Shown one piece after another: positions 38,701-55,120 of a stretch of 64,000 nt of DNA. The position numbers and the translations under genes are program-made. How positions within the stretch are numbered: position 1 is the first letter of the stretch; each line of letters starts with the position of its first letter. This DNA is from Auanema rhodensis. Its lineage: Eukaryota > Animalia > Nematoda. The notes below the pieces were generated by a model. It did not search any database and was not told the DNA's origin. It saw only the letters and a program-made list of their open reading frames with translations. Where the stretch lies: NCBI GenBank assembly GCA_964057225.1, contig OZ059900.1, forward strand, positions 3,286,001 to 3,350,000, written 5' to 3'.

Positions 38701-41700
38701 AGCCAAATTGGACTCAAAACTCGGACATTTCCAAAATTCTTTCTATTTTCGACCTTTTTTGATCAAAATGAATATATATCAGTGCAAACTCATAAAAATA
38801 GACTGATTTTGTGTATTGTGTGTTTGATTCTCAAATCTTAACAAATATGATCAAAATTTACAAGTATTACAGATTTTGTACCAAAAATCGGTGAGTATAT
38901 GGTGTTAAAGGCATAAAAACGACCATACTTAGTGTAGTAATGCTATTTGAGCAAAATTTAGTGATTTAAACATCATTAGTGTTTAACTAATGACTTTTGT
39001 TGTCATAGACAATAAAACTATGCTTCTGATCATATATATGAGCGATTTAGCCAAATTAGACTCAAAACTCGTAAATTTCAAAAATTCTTTCGATTTTCGA
39101 CCTTTTTTGATCAAAATGAATATATATCAGTGCATGCTCATAAAAATAGACTGATTTTGTGTATTGTATGTTTGATTCTCAAATCTTAACGAATATGATC
39201 AAAATTTAGGAGTATTACAGATTTTGTACCAAAAATCGGTGAGTATATGGTGTTAAAGGCATAAAAACGACCATACTTAGTGTAGTAATGCTATTTGAGC
39301 AAAATTTAGTGATTTAAACATCATTAGTGTTTAACTAATGACTTTTGTTGTCATAGACAATAAAACTATGCTTCTGATCATATATATGAGCGATTTAGCC
39401 CAATTGGACTCAAAACTCGGAAAATTCAAAAATTCTTTCTATTTTCGACCTTTTTTGATCAAAATGAATATATATCAGTGCAAACTCATAAAAATAAACT
39501 GATTTTGTTTATTGTGTGTTTGATTTTCAAATCTTAACAAATATGATCAAAATTTACGAGTATTACAGATTTTGTACCAAAAATCGGTGAGTATATGGTG
39601 TTAAAGGCATAAAAACGACCATACTTAGTGTAGTAATGCTATTTGAGCGAAATTCAGTATTAAAACATCACTAGCGTTTAATTGATGACTTTTGTTGTTA
39701 TAGACAATAAAACTATGCTTTTGATCATATATATGAGCGATTCAGCCAAATTGGACTCAAAACTCGGAAATTTCAAAAATTCTTTCTATTTTCGACCTTT
39801 TTTGATCAAAATGAATCTATATCAGTGCAAGCTCATAAAAATAGACTGATTTTGTGTATTGTGTGTTTGATTCTCAAATCTTAACGAATATGATCAAAAT
39901 TTACGAGTATTACAGATTTTGTACCAAAAATCGGTGAGTATATGGTGTTAAAGGCATAAAAACGACCATACTTAGTGTAGTAATGCTATTTGAGCGAAAT
40001 TTAGTGATTTAAACATCATTAGTGTTTAATTAATGACTTTTGTTGTCATAGACAATAAAACTATGCTTTTGATCATATATATGAGCGATTTAGCCAAATT
40101 GGACTCAAAACTCGGAAATTTCAAAAATTCTTTCTATTTTCGACCTTTTTTGATCAAAATGAATATATATCAGTGCAAGCTCATAAAAATAGACTGATTT
40201 CGTGTATTGTGTGTTTGATTCTCAAATCTTAACGAATATGATCAAAATTTACGAGTATTACAGATTTTGTAATAAAAATCGGTGAGTATATGGTGTTAAA
40301 GGCATAAAAACGACCATACTTAGTGTAGTAATGCTATTTGAGCGAAAATCAGTATTTAAACATCACTAGCGTTTAATTGATGACTTTTGTTGTTATAGAC
40401 AATAAAACTATGCTTTTGATCATATATATGAGCGATTTAGTCAAATTCGACTCAAAACTCGGACATTTCCAAAATTCTTTCTATTTTCGACCTTTTTTGA
40501 TCAAAATGAATATATATCAGTGCAAACTCATAAAAATAGACTGATTTTGTGTATTGTGTGTTTGATTCTCAAATCTTAACAAATATGATCAAAATTTACA
40601 AGTATTACAGATTTTGTACCAAAAATCGGTGAGTATATGGTGTTAAAGGCATAAAAACGACCATACTTAGTGTAGTAATGCTATTTGAGCGAAATTCAGT
40701 ATTAAAACATCACTAGCGTTTAATTGATGACTTTTGTTGTTATAGACAATAAAACTATGCTTTTGATCATATATATGAGCGATTTAGCCAAATTGGACTC
40801 AAAACTCGGACATTTCCAAAATTCTTTCTATTTTCGACCTTTTTTGATCAAAATGAATATATATCAGTGCAAACTCATAAAAATAGACTGATTTTGTGTA
40901 TTGTGTGTTTGATTCTCAAATCTTAACAAATATGATCAAAATTTACAAGTATTACAGATTTTGTACCAAAAATCGGTGAGTATATGGTGTTAAAGGCATA
41001 AAAACGACCATACTTAGTGTAGTAATGCTATTTGAGCGAAATTTAGTGATTTAAACATCATTAGTGTTTAACTAATGACTTTTGTTGTCATAGACAATAA
41101 AACTATGCTTCTGATCATATATATGAGCGATTTAGCCAAATTAGACTCAAAACTCGTAAATTTCAAAAATTCTTTCTATTTTCGACCTTTTTTGATCAAA
41201 ATGAATATATATCAGTGCATGCTCATAAAAATAGACTGATTTTGTATATTGTATGTTTGATTCTCAAATCTTAACGAATATGATCAAAATTTACGAGTAT
41301 TACAGATTTTGTACAAAAAATCGGTGAGTATATGGTGTTAAAGGCATAAAAACGACCATACTTAGTGTAGTAATGCTATTTGAGCGAAATTTAGTGATTT
41401 AAACATCATTAGTGTTTAATTAATGACTTTTGTTGTCATAGACAATAAAACTATGCTTTTGATCATATATATGAGCGATTTAGCCAAATTGGACTCAAAA
41501 CTCGGAAATTTCAAAAATTCTTTCTATTTTCGACCTTTTTTGATCAAAATGAATATATATCAGTGCAAACTCATAAAAATAGACTGATTTCGTGTATTGT
41601 GTGTTTGATTCTCAAATCTTAACGAATATGATCAAAATTTACGAGTATTACAGATTTTGTAATAAAAATCGGTGAGTATATGGTGTTAAAGGCATAAAAA

Positions 41701-44700
41701 CGACCATACTTAGTGTAGTAATGCTATTTGAGCGAAAATCAGTATTTAAACATCACTAGCGTTTAATTGATGACTTTTGTTGTTATAGACAATAAAACTA
41801 TGCTTTTGATCATATATATGAGCGATTTAGCCAAATTCGACTCAAAACTCGGACATTTCCAAAATTCTTTCTATTTTCGACCTTTTTTGATCAAAATGAA
41901 TATATATCAGTGCAAACTCATAAAAATAGACTGATTTTGTGTATTGTGTGTTTGATTCTCAAATCTTAACAAATATGATCAAAATTTACAAGTATTACAG
42001 ATTTTGTACCAAAAATCGGTGAGTATATGGTGTTAAAGGCATAAAAACGACCATACTTAGTGTAGTAATGCTATTTGAGCGAAATTCAGTATTAAAACAT
42101 CACTAGCGTTTAATTGATGACTTTTGTTGTTATAGACAATAAAACTATGCTTTTGATCATATATATGAGCGATTTAGCCAAATTGGACTCAAAACTCGGA
42201 CATTTCCAAAATTCTTTCTATTTTCGACCTTTTTTGATCAAAATGAATATATATCAGTGCAAACTCATAAAAATAGACTGATTTTGTGTATTGTGTGTTT
42301 GATTCTCAAATCGTAACAAATATGATCAAAATTTACGAGTATCACAGAATTTGTACCAAAAATCGGTGAGTATATGGTGTTAAAGGCATAAAAATGACCA
42401 TACTTAGTGTAGTAATGCTATTTGAGCAAAATTTAGTGATTTAAACATCATTAGTGTTTAACTAATGACTTTTGTTGTCATAGACAATAAAACTATGCTT
42501 CTGATCATATATATGAGCGATTTAGCCAAATTAGACTCAAAACTCGTAAATTTCAAAAATTCTTTCTATTTTCGACCTTTTTTGATCAAAATGAATATAT
42601 ATCAGTGCATGCTCATAAAAATAGACTGATTTTGTGTATTGTATGTTTGATTCTCAAATCTTAACGAATATGATCAAAATTTACGAGTATTACAGATTTT
42701 GTACCAATAATCGGTGAGTATATGGTGTTAAAGGCATAAAAACGACCATACTTAGTGTAGTAATGCTATTTGAGCGAAATTTAGTGATTTAAACATCATT
42801 AGTGTTTAATTAATGACTTTTGTTGTCATAGACAATAAAACTATGCTTTTGATCATATATATGAGCGATTTAGCCAAATTGGACTCAAAACTCGGAAATT
42901 TCAAAAATTCTTTCTATTTTCGACCTTTTTTGATCAAAATGAATATATATCAGTGCAAGCTCATAAAAATAGACTGATTTCGTGTATTGTGTGTTTGATT
43001 CTCAAATCTTAACGAATATGATCAAAATTTACGAGTATTACAGATTTTGTAATAAAAATCGGTGAGTATATGGTGTTAAAGGCATAAAAACGACCATACT
43101 TAGTGTAGTAATGCTATTTGAGCGAAAATCAGTATTTAAACATCACTAGCGTTTAATTGATGACTTTTGTTGTTATAGACAATAAAACTATGCTTTTGAT
43201 CATATATATGAGCGATTTAGCCAAATTCGACTCAAAACTCGGACATTTCCAAAATTCTTTCTATTTTCGACCTTTTTTGATCAAAATGAATATATATCAG
43301 TGCAAACTCATAAAAATAGACTGATTTTGTGTATTGTGTGTTTGATTCTCAAATCTTAACAAATATGATCAAAATTTACAAGTATTACAGATTTTGTACC
43401 AAAAATCGGTGAGTATATGGTGTTAAAGGCATAAAAACGACCATACTTAGTGTAGTAATGCTATTTGAGCGAAATTCAGTATTAAAACATCACTAGCGTT
43501 TAATTGATGACTTTTGTTGTTATAGACAATAAAACTATGCTTTTGATCATATATATGAGCGATTTAGCCAAATTGGACTCAAAACTCGGACATTTCCAAA
43601 ATTCTTTCTATTTTCGACCTTTTTTGATCAAAATGAATATATATCAGTGCAAACTCATAAAAATAGACTGATTTTGTGTATTGTGTGTTTGATTCTCAAA
43701 TCTTAACAAATATGATCAAAATTTACAAGTATTACAGATTTTGTACCAAAAATCGGTGAGTATATGGTGTTAAAGGCATAAAAACGACCATACTTAGTGT
43801 AGTAATGCTATTTGAGCGAAATTTAGTGATTTAAACATCATTAGTGTTTAACTAATGACTTTTGTTGTCATAGACAATAAAACTATGCTTCTGATCATAT
43901 ATATGAGCGATTTAGCCAAATTAGACTCAAAACTCGTAAATTTCAAAAATTCTTTCTATTTTCGACCTTTTTTGATCAAAATGAATATATATCAGTGCAA
44001 GCTCATAAAAATAGACTGATTTCGTGTATTGTGTGTTTGATTCTCAAATCTTAACGAATATGATCAAAATTTACGAGTATTACAGATTTTGTAATAAAAA
44101 TCGGTGAGTATATGGTGTTAAAGGCATAAAAACGACCATACTTAGTGTAGTAATGCTATTTGAGCGAAATTCAGTATTTAAACATCACTAGCGTTTAATT
44201 AATGACTTTTGTTGTTATAGACAATAAAACTATGCTTTTGATCATATATATGAGCGATTTAGCCAAATTGGACTCAAAACTCGGAAATTTCAAAAATTCT
44301 TTCTATTTTCGACCTTTTTTGATCAAAATGAATATATATCAGTGCAAGCTCATAAAAATAGACTGATTTTGTGTATTGTGTGTTTGATTCTCAAATCTTA
44401 ACGAATATGATCAAAATTTACGAGTATTACAGATTTTGTACCAAAAATCGGTGAGTATATGGTGTTAAAGGCATAAAAACGACCATACTTAGTGTAGTAA
44501 TGCTATTTGAGCGAAATTTAGTGATTTAAACATCATTAGTGTTTAATTAATGACTTTTGTTGTCATAGACAATAAAACTATGCTTTTGATCATATATATG
44601 AGCGATTTAGCCCAATTGGACTCAAAACTCGGAAAATTCAAAAATTCTTTCTATTTTCGACCTTTTTTGATCAAAATGAATATATATCAGTGCAAACTCA

Positions 44701-47700
44701 TAAAAATAAACTGATTTTGTTTATTGTGTGTTTGATTTTCAAATCTTAACGAATATGATCAAAATTTACGAGTATTACAGATTTTGTACCAAAAATCGGT
44801 GAGTATATGGTGTTAAAGGCATAAAAACGACCATACTTAGTGTAGTAATGCTATTTGAGCGAAATTCAGTATTAAAACATCACTAGCGTTTAATTGATGA
44901 CTTTTGTTGTTATAGACAATAAAACTATGCTTTTGATCATATATATGAGCGATTCAGCCAAATTGGACTCAAAACTCGGAAATTTCAAAAATTCTTTCTA
45001 TTTTCGACCTTTTTTGATCAAAATGAATCTATATCAGTGCAAGCTCATAAAAATAGACTGATTTTGTGTATTGTGTGTTTGATTCTCAAATCTTAACAAA
45101 TATGATCAAAATTTACGAGTATTACAGATTTTGTACCAAAAATCGGTGAGTATATGGTGTTAAAGGCATAAAAACGACCATACTTAGTGTAGTAATGCTA
45201 TTTGAGCGAAATTTAGTGATTTAAACATCATTAGTGTTTAATTAATGACTTTTGTTGTCATAGACAATAAAACTATGCTTTTGATCATATATATGAGCGA
45301 TTTAGCCAAATTGGACTCAAAACTCGGAAATTTCAAAAATTCTTTCTATTTTCGACCTTTTTTGATCAAAATGAATATATATCAGTGCAAGCTCATAAAA
45401 ATAGACTGATTTTGTGTATTGTGTGTTTGATTCTCAAATCTTAACGAATATGATCAAAATTTACGAGTATTACAGATTTTGTACCAAAAATCGGTGAGTA
45501 TATGGTGTTAAAGGCATAAAAACGACCATACTTAGTGTAGTAATGCTATTTGAGCGAAAATCAGTATTTAAACATCACTAGCGTTTAATTGATGACTTTT
45601 GTTGTTATAGACAATAAAACTATGCTTTTGATCATATATATGAGCGATTTAGCCAAATTGGACTCAAAACTCGGACATTTCCAAAATTCTTTCTATTTTC
45701 GACGTTTTTTGATCAAAATGAATATATATCAGTGCAAACTCATAAAAATAGACTGATTTTGTGTATTGTGTGTTTGATTCTCAAATCTTAACAAATATGA
45801 TCAAAATTTACAAGTATTACAGATTTTGTACCAAAAATCGGTGAGTATATGGTGTTAAAGGCATAAAAACGACCATACTTAGTGTAGTAATGCTATTTGA
45901 GCAAAATTTAGTGATTTAAACATCATTAGTGTTTAACTAATGACTTTTGTTGTCATAGACAATAAAACTATGCTTCTAATCATATATATGAGCGATTTAG
46001 CCAAATTAGACTCAAAACTCGTAAATTTCAAAAATTCTTTCTATTTTCGACCTTTTTTGATCAAAATGAATATATATCAGTGCATGCTCATAAAAATAGA
46101 CTGATTTTGTGTATTGTATGTTTGATTCTCAAATCTTAACGAATATGATCAAAATTTACGAGTATTACAGATTTTGTACCAAAAATCGGTGAGTATATGG
46201 TGTTAAAGGCATAAAAACGACCATACTTAGTGTAGTAATGCTATTTGAGCGAAATTCAGTATTTAAACATCACTAGCGTTTAATTAATGACTTTTGTTGT
46301 TATAGACAATAAAACTATGCTTTTGATCATATATATGAGCGATTTAGCCAAATTGGACTCAAAACTCGGAAATTTCAAAAATTCTTTCTATTTTCGACCT
46401 TTTTTGATCAAAATGAATATATATCAGTGCAAGCTCATAAAAATAGACTGATTTTGTGTATTGTGTGTTTGATTCTCAAATCTTAACGAATATGATCAAA
46501 ATTTACGAGTATTACAGATTTTGTACCAAAAATCGGTGAGTATATGGTGTTAAAGGCATAAAAACGACCATACTTAGTGTAGTAATGCTATTTGAGCGAA
46601 ATTTAGTGATTTAAACATCATTAGTGTTTAATTAATGACTTTTGTTGTCACAGACAATAACACTATGCTTTTGATCATATATATGAGCGATTTAGCCCAA
46701 TTGGACTCAAAACTCGGAAAATTCAAAAATTCTTTCTATTTTCGACCTTTTTTGATCAAAATGAATATATATCAGTGCAAACTCATAAAAATAAACTGAT
46801 TTTGTTTATTGTGTGTTTGATTTTCAAATCTTAACGAATATGATCAAAATTTACGAGTATTACAGATTTTGTACCAAAAATCGGTGAGTATATGGTGTTA
46901 AAGGCATAAAAACGACCATACTTAGTGTAGTAATGCTATTTGAGCGAAATTCAGTATTAAAACATCACTAGCGTTTAATTGATGACTTTTGTTGTTATAG
47001 ACAATAAAACTATGCTTTTGATCATATATATGAGCGATTCAGCCAAATTGGACTCAAAACTCGGAAATTTCAAAAATTCTTTCTATTTTCGACCTTTTTT
47101 GATCAAAATGAATCTATATCAGTGCAAGCTCATAAAAATAGACTGATTTTGTGTATTGTGTGTTTGATTCTCAAATCTTAACGAATATGATCAAAATTTA
47201 CGAGTATTACAGATTTTGTACCAAAAATCGGTGAGTATATGGTGTTAAAGGCATAAAAACGACCATACTTAGTGTAGTAATGCTATTTGAGCGAAATTTA
47301 GTGATTTAAACATCATTAGTGTTTAATTAATGACTTTTGTTGTCATAGACAATAAAACTATGCTTTTGATCATATATATGAGCGATTTAGCCAAATTGGA
47401 CTCAAAACTCGGAAATTTCAAAAATTCTTTCTATTTTCGACCTTTTTTGATCAAAATGAATATATATCAGTGCAAGCTCATAAAAATAGACTGATTTCGT
47501 GTATTGTGTGTTTGATTCTCAAATCTTAACGAATATGATCAAAATTTACGAGTATTACAGATTTTGTAATAAAAATCGGTGAGTATATGGTGTTAAAGGC
47601 ATAAAAACGACCATACTTAGTGTAGTAATGCTATTTGAGCGAAAATCAGTATTTAAACATCACTAGCGTTTAATTGATGACTTTTGTTGTTATAGACAAT

Positions 47701-48119
47701 AAAACTATGCTTTTGATCATATATATGAGCGATTTAGCCAAATTCGACTCAAAACTCGGACATTTCCAAAATTCTTTCTATTTTCGACCTTTTTTGATCA
47801 AAATGAATATATATCAGTGCAAACTCATAAAAATAGACTGATTTTGTGTATTGTGTGTTTGATTCTCAAATCTTAACAAATATGATCAAAATTTACAAGT
47901 ATTACAGATTTTATACCAAAAATCGGTGAGTATATGGTGTTAAAGGCATAAAAACGACCATACTTAGTGTAGTAATGCTATTTGAGCGAAATTCAGTATT
48001 AAAACATCACTAGCGTTTAATTGATGACTTTTGTTGTTATAGACAATAAAACTATGCTTTTGATCATATATATGAGCGATTTAGCCCAATTGGACTCAAA
48101 ACTCGGAAAATTCAAAAAT

Positions 48120-51100
48120 TCTTTCTATTTTCGACCTTTTTTGATCAAAATGAATATATATCAGTGCAAACTCATAAAAATAAACTGATTTTGTTTATTG
48201 TGTGTTTGATTTTCAAATCTTAACGAATATGATCAAAATTTACGAGTATTACAGATTTTGTACCAAAAATCGGTGAGTATATGGTGTTAAAGGCATAAAA
48301 ACGACCATACTTAGTGTAGTAATGCTATTTGAGCGAAATTCAGTATTTAAACATCACTAGCGTTTAATTAATGACTTTTGTTGTTATAGACAATAAAACT
48401 ATGCTTTTGATCATATATATGAGCGATTTAGCCAAATTGGACTCAAAACTCGGAAATTTCAAAAATTCTTTCTATTTTCGACCTTTTTTGATCAAAATGA
48501 ATATATATCAGTGCAAGCTCATAAAAATAGACTGATTTTGTGTATTGTGTGTTTGATTCTCAAATCTTAACGAATATGATCAAAATTTACGAGTATTACA
48601 GATTTTGTACCAAAAATCGGTGAGTATATGGTGTTAAAGGCATAAAAACGACCATACTTAGTGTAGTAATGCTATTTGAGCGAAATTTAGTGATTTAAAC
48701 ATCATTAGTGTTTAATTAATGACTTTTGTTGTCACAGACAATAACACTATGCTTTTGATCATATATATGAGCGATTTAGCCCAATTGGACTCAAAACTCG
48801 GAAAATTCAAAAATTCTTTCTATTTTCGACCTTTTTTGATCAAAATGAATATATATCAGTGCAAACTCATAAAAATAAACTGATTTTGTTTATTGTGTGT
48901 TTGATTTTCAAATCTTAACGAATATGATCAAAATTTACGAGTATTACAGATTTTGTACCAAAAATCGGTGAGTATATGGTGTTAAAGGCATAAAAACGAC
49001 CATACTTAGTGTAGTAATGCTATTTGAGCGAAATTCAGTATTAAAACATCACTAGCGTTTAATTGATGACTTTTGTTGTTATAGACAATAAAACTATGCT
49101 TTTGATCATATATATGAGCGATTCAGCCAAATTGGACTCAAAACTCGGAAATTTCAAAAATTCTTTCTATTTTCGACCTTTTTTGATCAAAATGAATCTA
49201 TATCAGTGCAAGCTCATAAAAATAGACTGATTTTGTGTATTGTGTGTTTGATTCTCAAATCTTAACGAATATGATCAAAATTTACGAGTATTACAGATTT
49301 TGTACCAAAAATCGGTGAGTATATGGTGTTAAAGGCATAAAAACGACCATACTTAGTGTAGTAATGCTATTTGAGCGAAATTTAGTGATTTAAACATCAT
49401 TAGTGTTTAATTAATGACTTTTGTTGTCATAGACAATAAAACTATGCTTTTGATCATATATATGAGCGATTTAGCCAAATTGGACTCAAAACTCGGAAAT
49501 TTCAAAAATTCTTTCTATTTTCGACCTTTTTTGATCAAAATGAATATATATCAGTGCAAGCTCATAAAAATAGACTGATTTCGTGTATTGTGTGTTTGAT
49601 TCTCAAATCTTAACGAATATGATCAAAATTTACGAGTATTACAGATTTTGTAATAAAAATCGGTGAGTATATGGTGTTAAAGGCATAAAAACGACCATAC
49701 TTAGTGTAGTAATGCTATTTGAGCGAAAATCAGTATTTAAACATCACTAGCGTTTAATTGATGACTTTTGTTGTTATAGACAATAAAACTATGCTTTTGA
49801 TCATATATATGAGCGATTTAGCCAAATTCGACTCAAAACTCGGACATTTCCAAAATTCTTTCTATTTTCGACCTTTTTTGATCAAAATGAATATATATCA
49901 GTGCAAACTCATAAAAATAGACTGATTTTGTGTATTGTGTGTTTGATTCTCAAATCTTAACAAATATGATCAAAATTTACAAGTATTACAGATTTTATAC
50001 CAAAAATCGGTGAGTATATGGTGTTAAAGGCATAAAAACGACCATACTTAGTGTAGTAATGCTATTTGAGCGAAATTCAGTATTAAAACATCACTAGCGT
50101 TTAATTGATGACTTTTGTTGTTATAGACAATAAAACTATGCTTTTGATCATATATATGAGCGATTTAGCCCAATTGGACTCAAAACTCGGAAAATTCAAA
50201 AATTCTTTCTATTTTCGACCTTTTTTGATCAAAATGAATATATATCAGTGCAAACTCATAAAAATAAACTGATTTTGTTTATTGTGTGTTTGATTTTCAA
50301 ATCTTAACGAATATGATCAAAATTTACGAGTATTACAGATTTTGTACCAAAAATCGGTGAGTATATGGTGTTAAAGGCATAAAAACGACCATACTTAGTG
50401 TAGTAATGCTATTTGAGCGAAATTCAGTATTAAAACATCACTAGCGTTTAATTGATGACTTTTGTTGTTATAGACAATAAAACTATGCTTTTGATCATAT
50501 ATATGAGCGATTCAGCCAAATTGGACTCAAAACTCGGAAATTTCAAAAATTCTTTCTATTTTCGACCTTTTTTGATCAAAATGAATCTATATCAGTGCAA
50601 GCTCATAAAAATAGACTGATTTTGTGTATTGTGTGTTTGATTCTCAAATCTTAACGAATATGATCAAAATTTACGAGTATTACAGATTTTGTACCAAAAA
50701 TCGGTGAGTATATGGTGTTAAAGGCATAAAAACGACCATACTTAGTGTAGTAATGCTATTTGAGCGAAATTTAGTGATTTAAACATCATTAGTGTTTAAT
50801 TAATGACTTTTGTTGTCATAGACAATAAAACTATGCTTTTGATCATATATATGAGCGATTTAGCCAAATTGGACTCAAAACTCGGAAATTTCAAAAATTC
50901 TTTCTATTTTCGACCTTTTTTGATCAAAATGAATATATATCAGTGCAAGCTCATAAAAATAGACTGATTTCGTGTATTGTGTGTTTGATTCTCAAATCTT
51001 AACGAATATGATCAAAATTTACGAGTATTACAGATTTTGTAATAAAAATCGGTGAGTATATGGTGTTAAAGGCATAAAAACGACCATACTTAGTGTAGTA

Positions 51101-54100
51101 ATGCTATTTGAGCGAAAATCAGTATTTAAACATCACTAGCGTTTAATTGATGACTTTTGTTGTTATAGACAATAAAACTATGCTTTTGATCATATAAATG
51201 AGCGATTTAGCCAAATTCGACTCAAAACTCGGACATTTCCAAAATTCTTTCTATTTTCGACCTTTTTTGATCAAAATGAATATATATCAGTGCAAACTCA
51301 TAAAAATAGACTGATTTTGTGTATTGTGTGTTTGATTCTCAAATCTTAACAAATATGATCAAAATTTACAAGTATTACAGATTTTATACCAAAAATCGGT
51401 GAGTATATGGTGTTAAAGGCATAAAAACGACCATACTTAGTGTAGTAATGCTATTTGAGCGAAATTCAGTATTAAAACATCACTAGCGTTTAATTGATGA
51501 CTTTTGTTGTTATAGACAATAAAACTATGCTTTTGATCATATATATGAGCGATTTAGCCAAATTGGACTCAAAACTCGGACATTTCCAAAATTCTTTCTA
51601 TTTTCGACCTTTTTTGATCAAAATGAATATATATCAGTGCAAACTCATAAAAATAAACTGATTTTGTTTATTGTGTGTTTGATTTTCAAATCTTAACGAA
51701 TATGATCAAAATTTACGAGTATTACAGATTTTGTACCAAAAATCGGTGAGTATATGGTGTTAAAGGCATAAAAACGACCATACTTAGTGTAGTAATGCTA
51801 TTTGAGCGAAATTCAGTATTTAAACATCACTAGCGTTTAATTAATGACTTTTGTTGTTATAGACAATAAAACTATGCTTTTGATCATATATATGAGCGAT
51901 TTAGCCAAATTGGACTCAAAACTCGGAAATTTCAAAAATTCTTTCTATTTTCGACCTTTTTTGATCAAAATGAATATATATCAGTGCAAGCTCATAAAAA
52001 TAGACTGATTTTGTGTATTGTGTGTTTGATTCTCAAATCTTAACGAATATGATCAAAATTTACGAGTATTACAGATTTTGTACCAAAAATCGGTGAGTAT
52101 ATGGTGTTAAAGGCATAAAAACGACCATACTTAGTGTAGTAATGCTATTTGAGCGAAATTTAGTGATTTAAACATCATTAGTGTTTAATTAATGACTTTT
52201 GTTGTCACAGACAATAACACTATGCTTTTGATCATATATATGAGCGATTTAGCCCAATTGGACTCAAAACTCGGAAAATTCAAAAATTCTTTCTATTTTC
52301 GACCTTTTTTGATCAAAATGAATATATATCAGTGCAAACTCATAAAAATAAACTGATTTTGTTTATTGTGTGTTTGATTTTCAAATCTTAACGAATATGA
52401 TCAAAATTTACGAGTATTACAGATTTTGTACCAAAAATCGGTGAGTATATGGTGTTAAAGGCATAAAAACGACCATACTTAGTGTAGTAATGCTATTTGA
52501 GCGAAATTCAGTATTAAAACATCACTAGCGTTTAATTGATGACTTTTGTTGTTATAGACAATAAAACTATGCTTTTGATCATATATATGAGCGATTCAGC
52601 CAAATTGGACTCAAAACTCGGAAATTTCAAAAATTCTTTCTATTTTCGACCTTTTTTGATCAAAATGAATCTATATCAGTGCAAGCTCATAAAAATAGAC
52701 TGATTTTGTGTATTGTGTGTTTGATTCTCAAATCTTAACGAATATGATCAAAATTTACGAGTATTACAGATTTTGTACCAAAAATCGGTGAGTATATGGT
52801 GTTAAAGGCATAAAAACGACCATACTTAGTGTAGTAATGCTATTTGAGCGAAATTTAGTGATTTAAACATCATTAGTGTTTAATTAATGACTTTTGTTGT
52901 CATAGACAATAAAACTATGCTTTTGATCATATATATGAGCGATTTAGCCAAATTGGACTCAAAACTCGGAAATTTCAAAAATTCTTTCTATTTTCGACCT
53001 TTTTTGATCAAAATGAATATATATCAGTGCAAGCTCATAAAAATAGACTGATTTCGTGTATTGTGTGTTTGATTCTCAAATCTTAACGAATATGATCAAA
53101 ATTTACGAGTATTACAGATTTTGTAATAAAAATCGGTGAGTATATGGTGTTAAAGGCATAAAAACGACCATACTTAGTGTAGTAATGCTATTTGAGCGAA
53201 AATCAGTATTTAAACATCACTAGCGTTTAATTGATGACTTTTGTTGTTATAGACAATAAAACTATGCTTTTGATCATATATATGAGCGATTTAGCCAAAT
53301 TCGACTCAAAACTCGGACATTTCCAAAATTCTTTCTATTTTCGACCTTTTTTGATCAAAATGAATATATATCAGTGCAAACTCATAAAAATAGACTGATT
53401 TTGTGTATTGTGTGTTTGATTCTCAAATCTTAACAAATATGATCAAAATTTACAAGTATTACAGATTTTATACCAAAAATCGGTGAGTATATGGTGTTAA
53501 AGGCATAAAAACGACCATACTTAGTGTAGTAATGCTATTTGAGCGAAATTCAGTATTAAAACATCACTAGCGTTTAATTGATGACTTTTGTTGTTATAGA
53601 CAATAAAACTATGCTTTTGATCATATATATGAGCGATTTAGCCCAATTGGACTCAAAACTCGGAAAATTCAAAAATTCTTTCTATTTTCGACCTTTTTTG
53701 ATCAAAATGAATATATATCAGTGCAAACTCATAAAAATAAACTGATTTTGTTTATTGTGTGTTTGATTTTCAAATCTTAACGAATATGATCAAAATTTAC
53801 GAGTATTACAGATTTTGTACCAAAAATCGGTGAGTATATGGTGTTAAAGGCATAAAAACGACCATACTTAGTGTAGTAATGCTATTTGAGCGAAATTCAG
53901 TATTAAAACATCACTAGCGTTTAATTGATGACTTTTGTTGTTATAGACAATAAAACTATGCTTTTGATCATATATATGAGCGATTCAGCCAAATTGGACT
54001 CAAAACTCGGAAATTTCAAAAATTCTTTCTATTTTCGACCTTTTTTGATCAAAATGAATCTATATCAGTGCAAGCTCATAAAAATAGACTGATTTTGTGT

Positions 54101-55120
54101 ATTGTGTGTTTGATTCTCAAATCTTAACGAATATGATCAAAATTTACGAGTATTACAGATTTTGTACCAAAAATCGGTGAGTATATGGTGTTAAAGGCAT
54201 AAAAACGACCATACTTAGTGTAGTAATGCTATTTGAGCGAAATTTAGTGATTTAAACATCATTAGTGTTTAATTAATGACTTTTGTTGTCATAGACAATA
54301 AAACTATGCTTTTGATCATATATATGAGCGATTTAGCCAAATTGGACTCAAAACTCGGAAATTTCAAAAATTCTTTCTATTTTCGACCTTTTTTGATCAA
54401 AATGAATATATATCAGTGCAAGCTCATAAAAATAGACTGATTTCGTGTATTGTGTGTTTGATTCTCAAATCTTAACGAATATGATCAAAATTTACGAGTA
54501 TTACAGATTTTGTAATAAAAATCGGTGAGTATATGGTGTTAAAGGCATAAAAACGACCATACTTAGTGTAGTAATGCTATTTGAGCGAAAATCAGTATTT
54601 AAACATCACTAGCGTTTAATTGATGACTTTTGTTGTTATAGACAATAAAACTATGCTTTTGATCATATAAATGAGCGATTTAGCCAAATTCGACTCAAAA
54701 CTCGGACATTTCCAAAATTCTTTCTATTTTCGACCTTTTTTGATCAAAATGAATATATATCAGTGCAAACTCATAAAAATAGACTGATTTTGTGTATTGT
54801 GTGTTTGATTCTCAAATCTTAACAAATATGATCAAAATTTACAAGTATTACAGATTTTATACCAAAAATCGGTGAGTATATGGTGTTAAAGGCATAAAAA
54901 CGACCATACTTAGTGTAGTAATGCTATTTGAGCGAAATTCAGTATTAAAACATCACTAGCGTTTAATTGATGACTTTTGTTGTTATAGACAATAAAACTA
55001 TGCTTTTGATCATATATATGAGCGATTTAGCCAAATTGGACTCAAAACTCGGACATTTCCAAAATTCTTTCTATTTTCGACCTTTTTTGATCAAAATGAA
55101 TATATATCAGTGCAAACTCA
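48120..55120 (+). repeat. Higher-order duplication, 10-monomer period (3473 bp, 2 copies; internal 6+4 structure)
   Basis: GTCACAGACAATAACAC at ~48735 and ~52208, and CATATAAATG at 51191 and 54664; both pairs are 3473 apart. Confidence 0.88.
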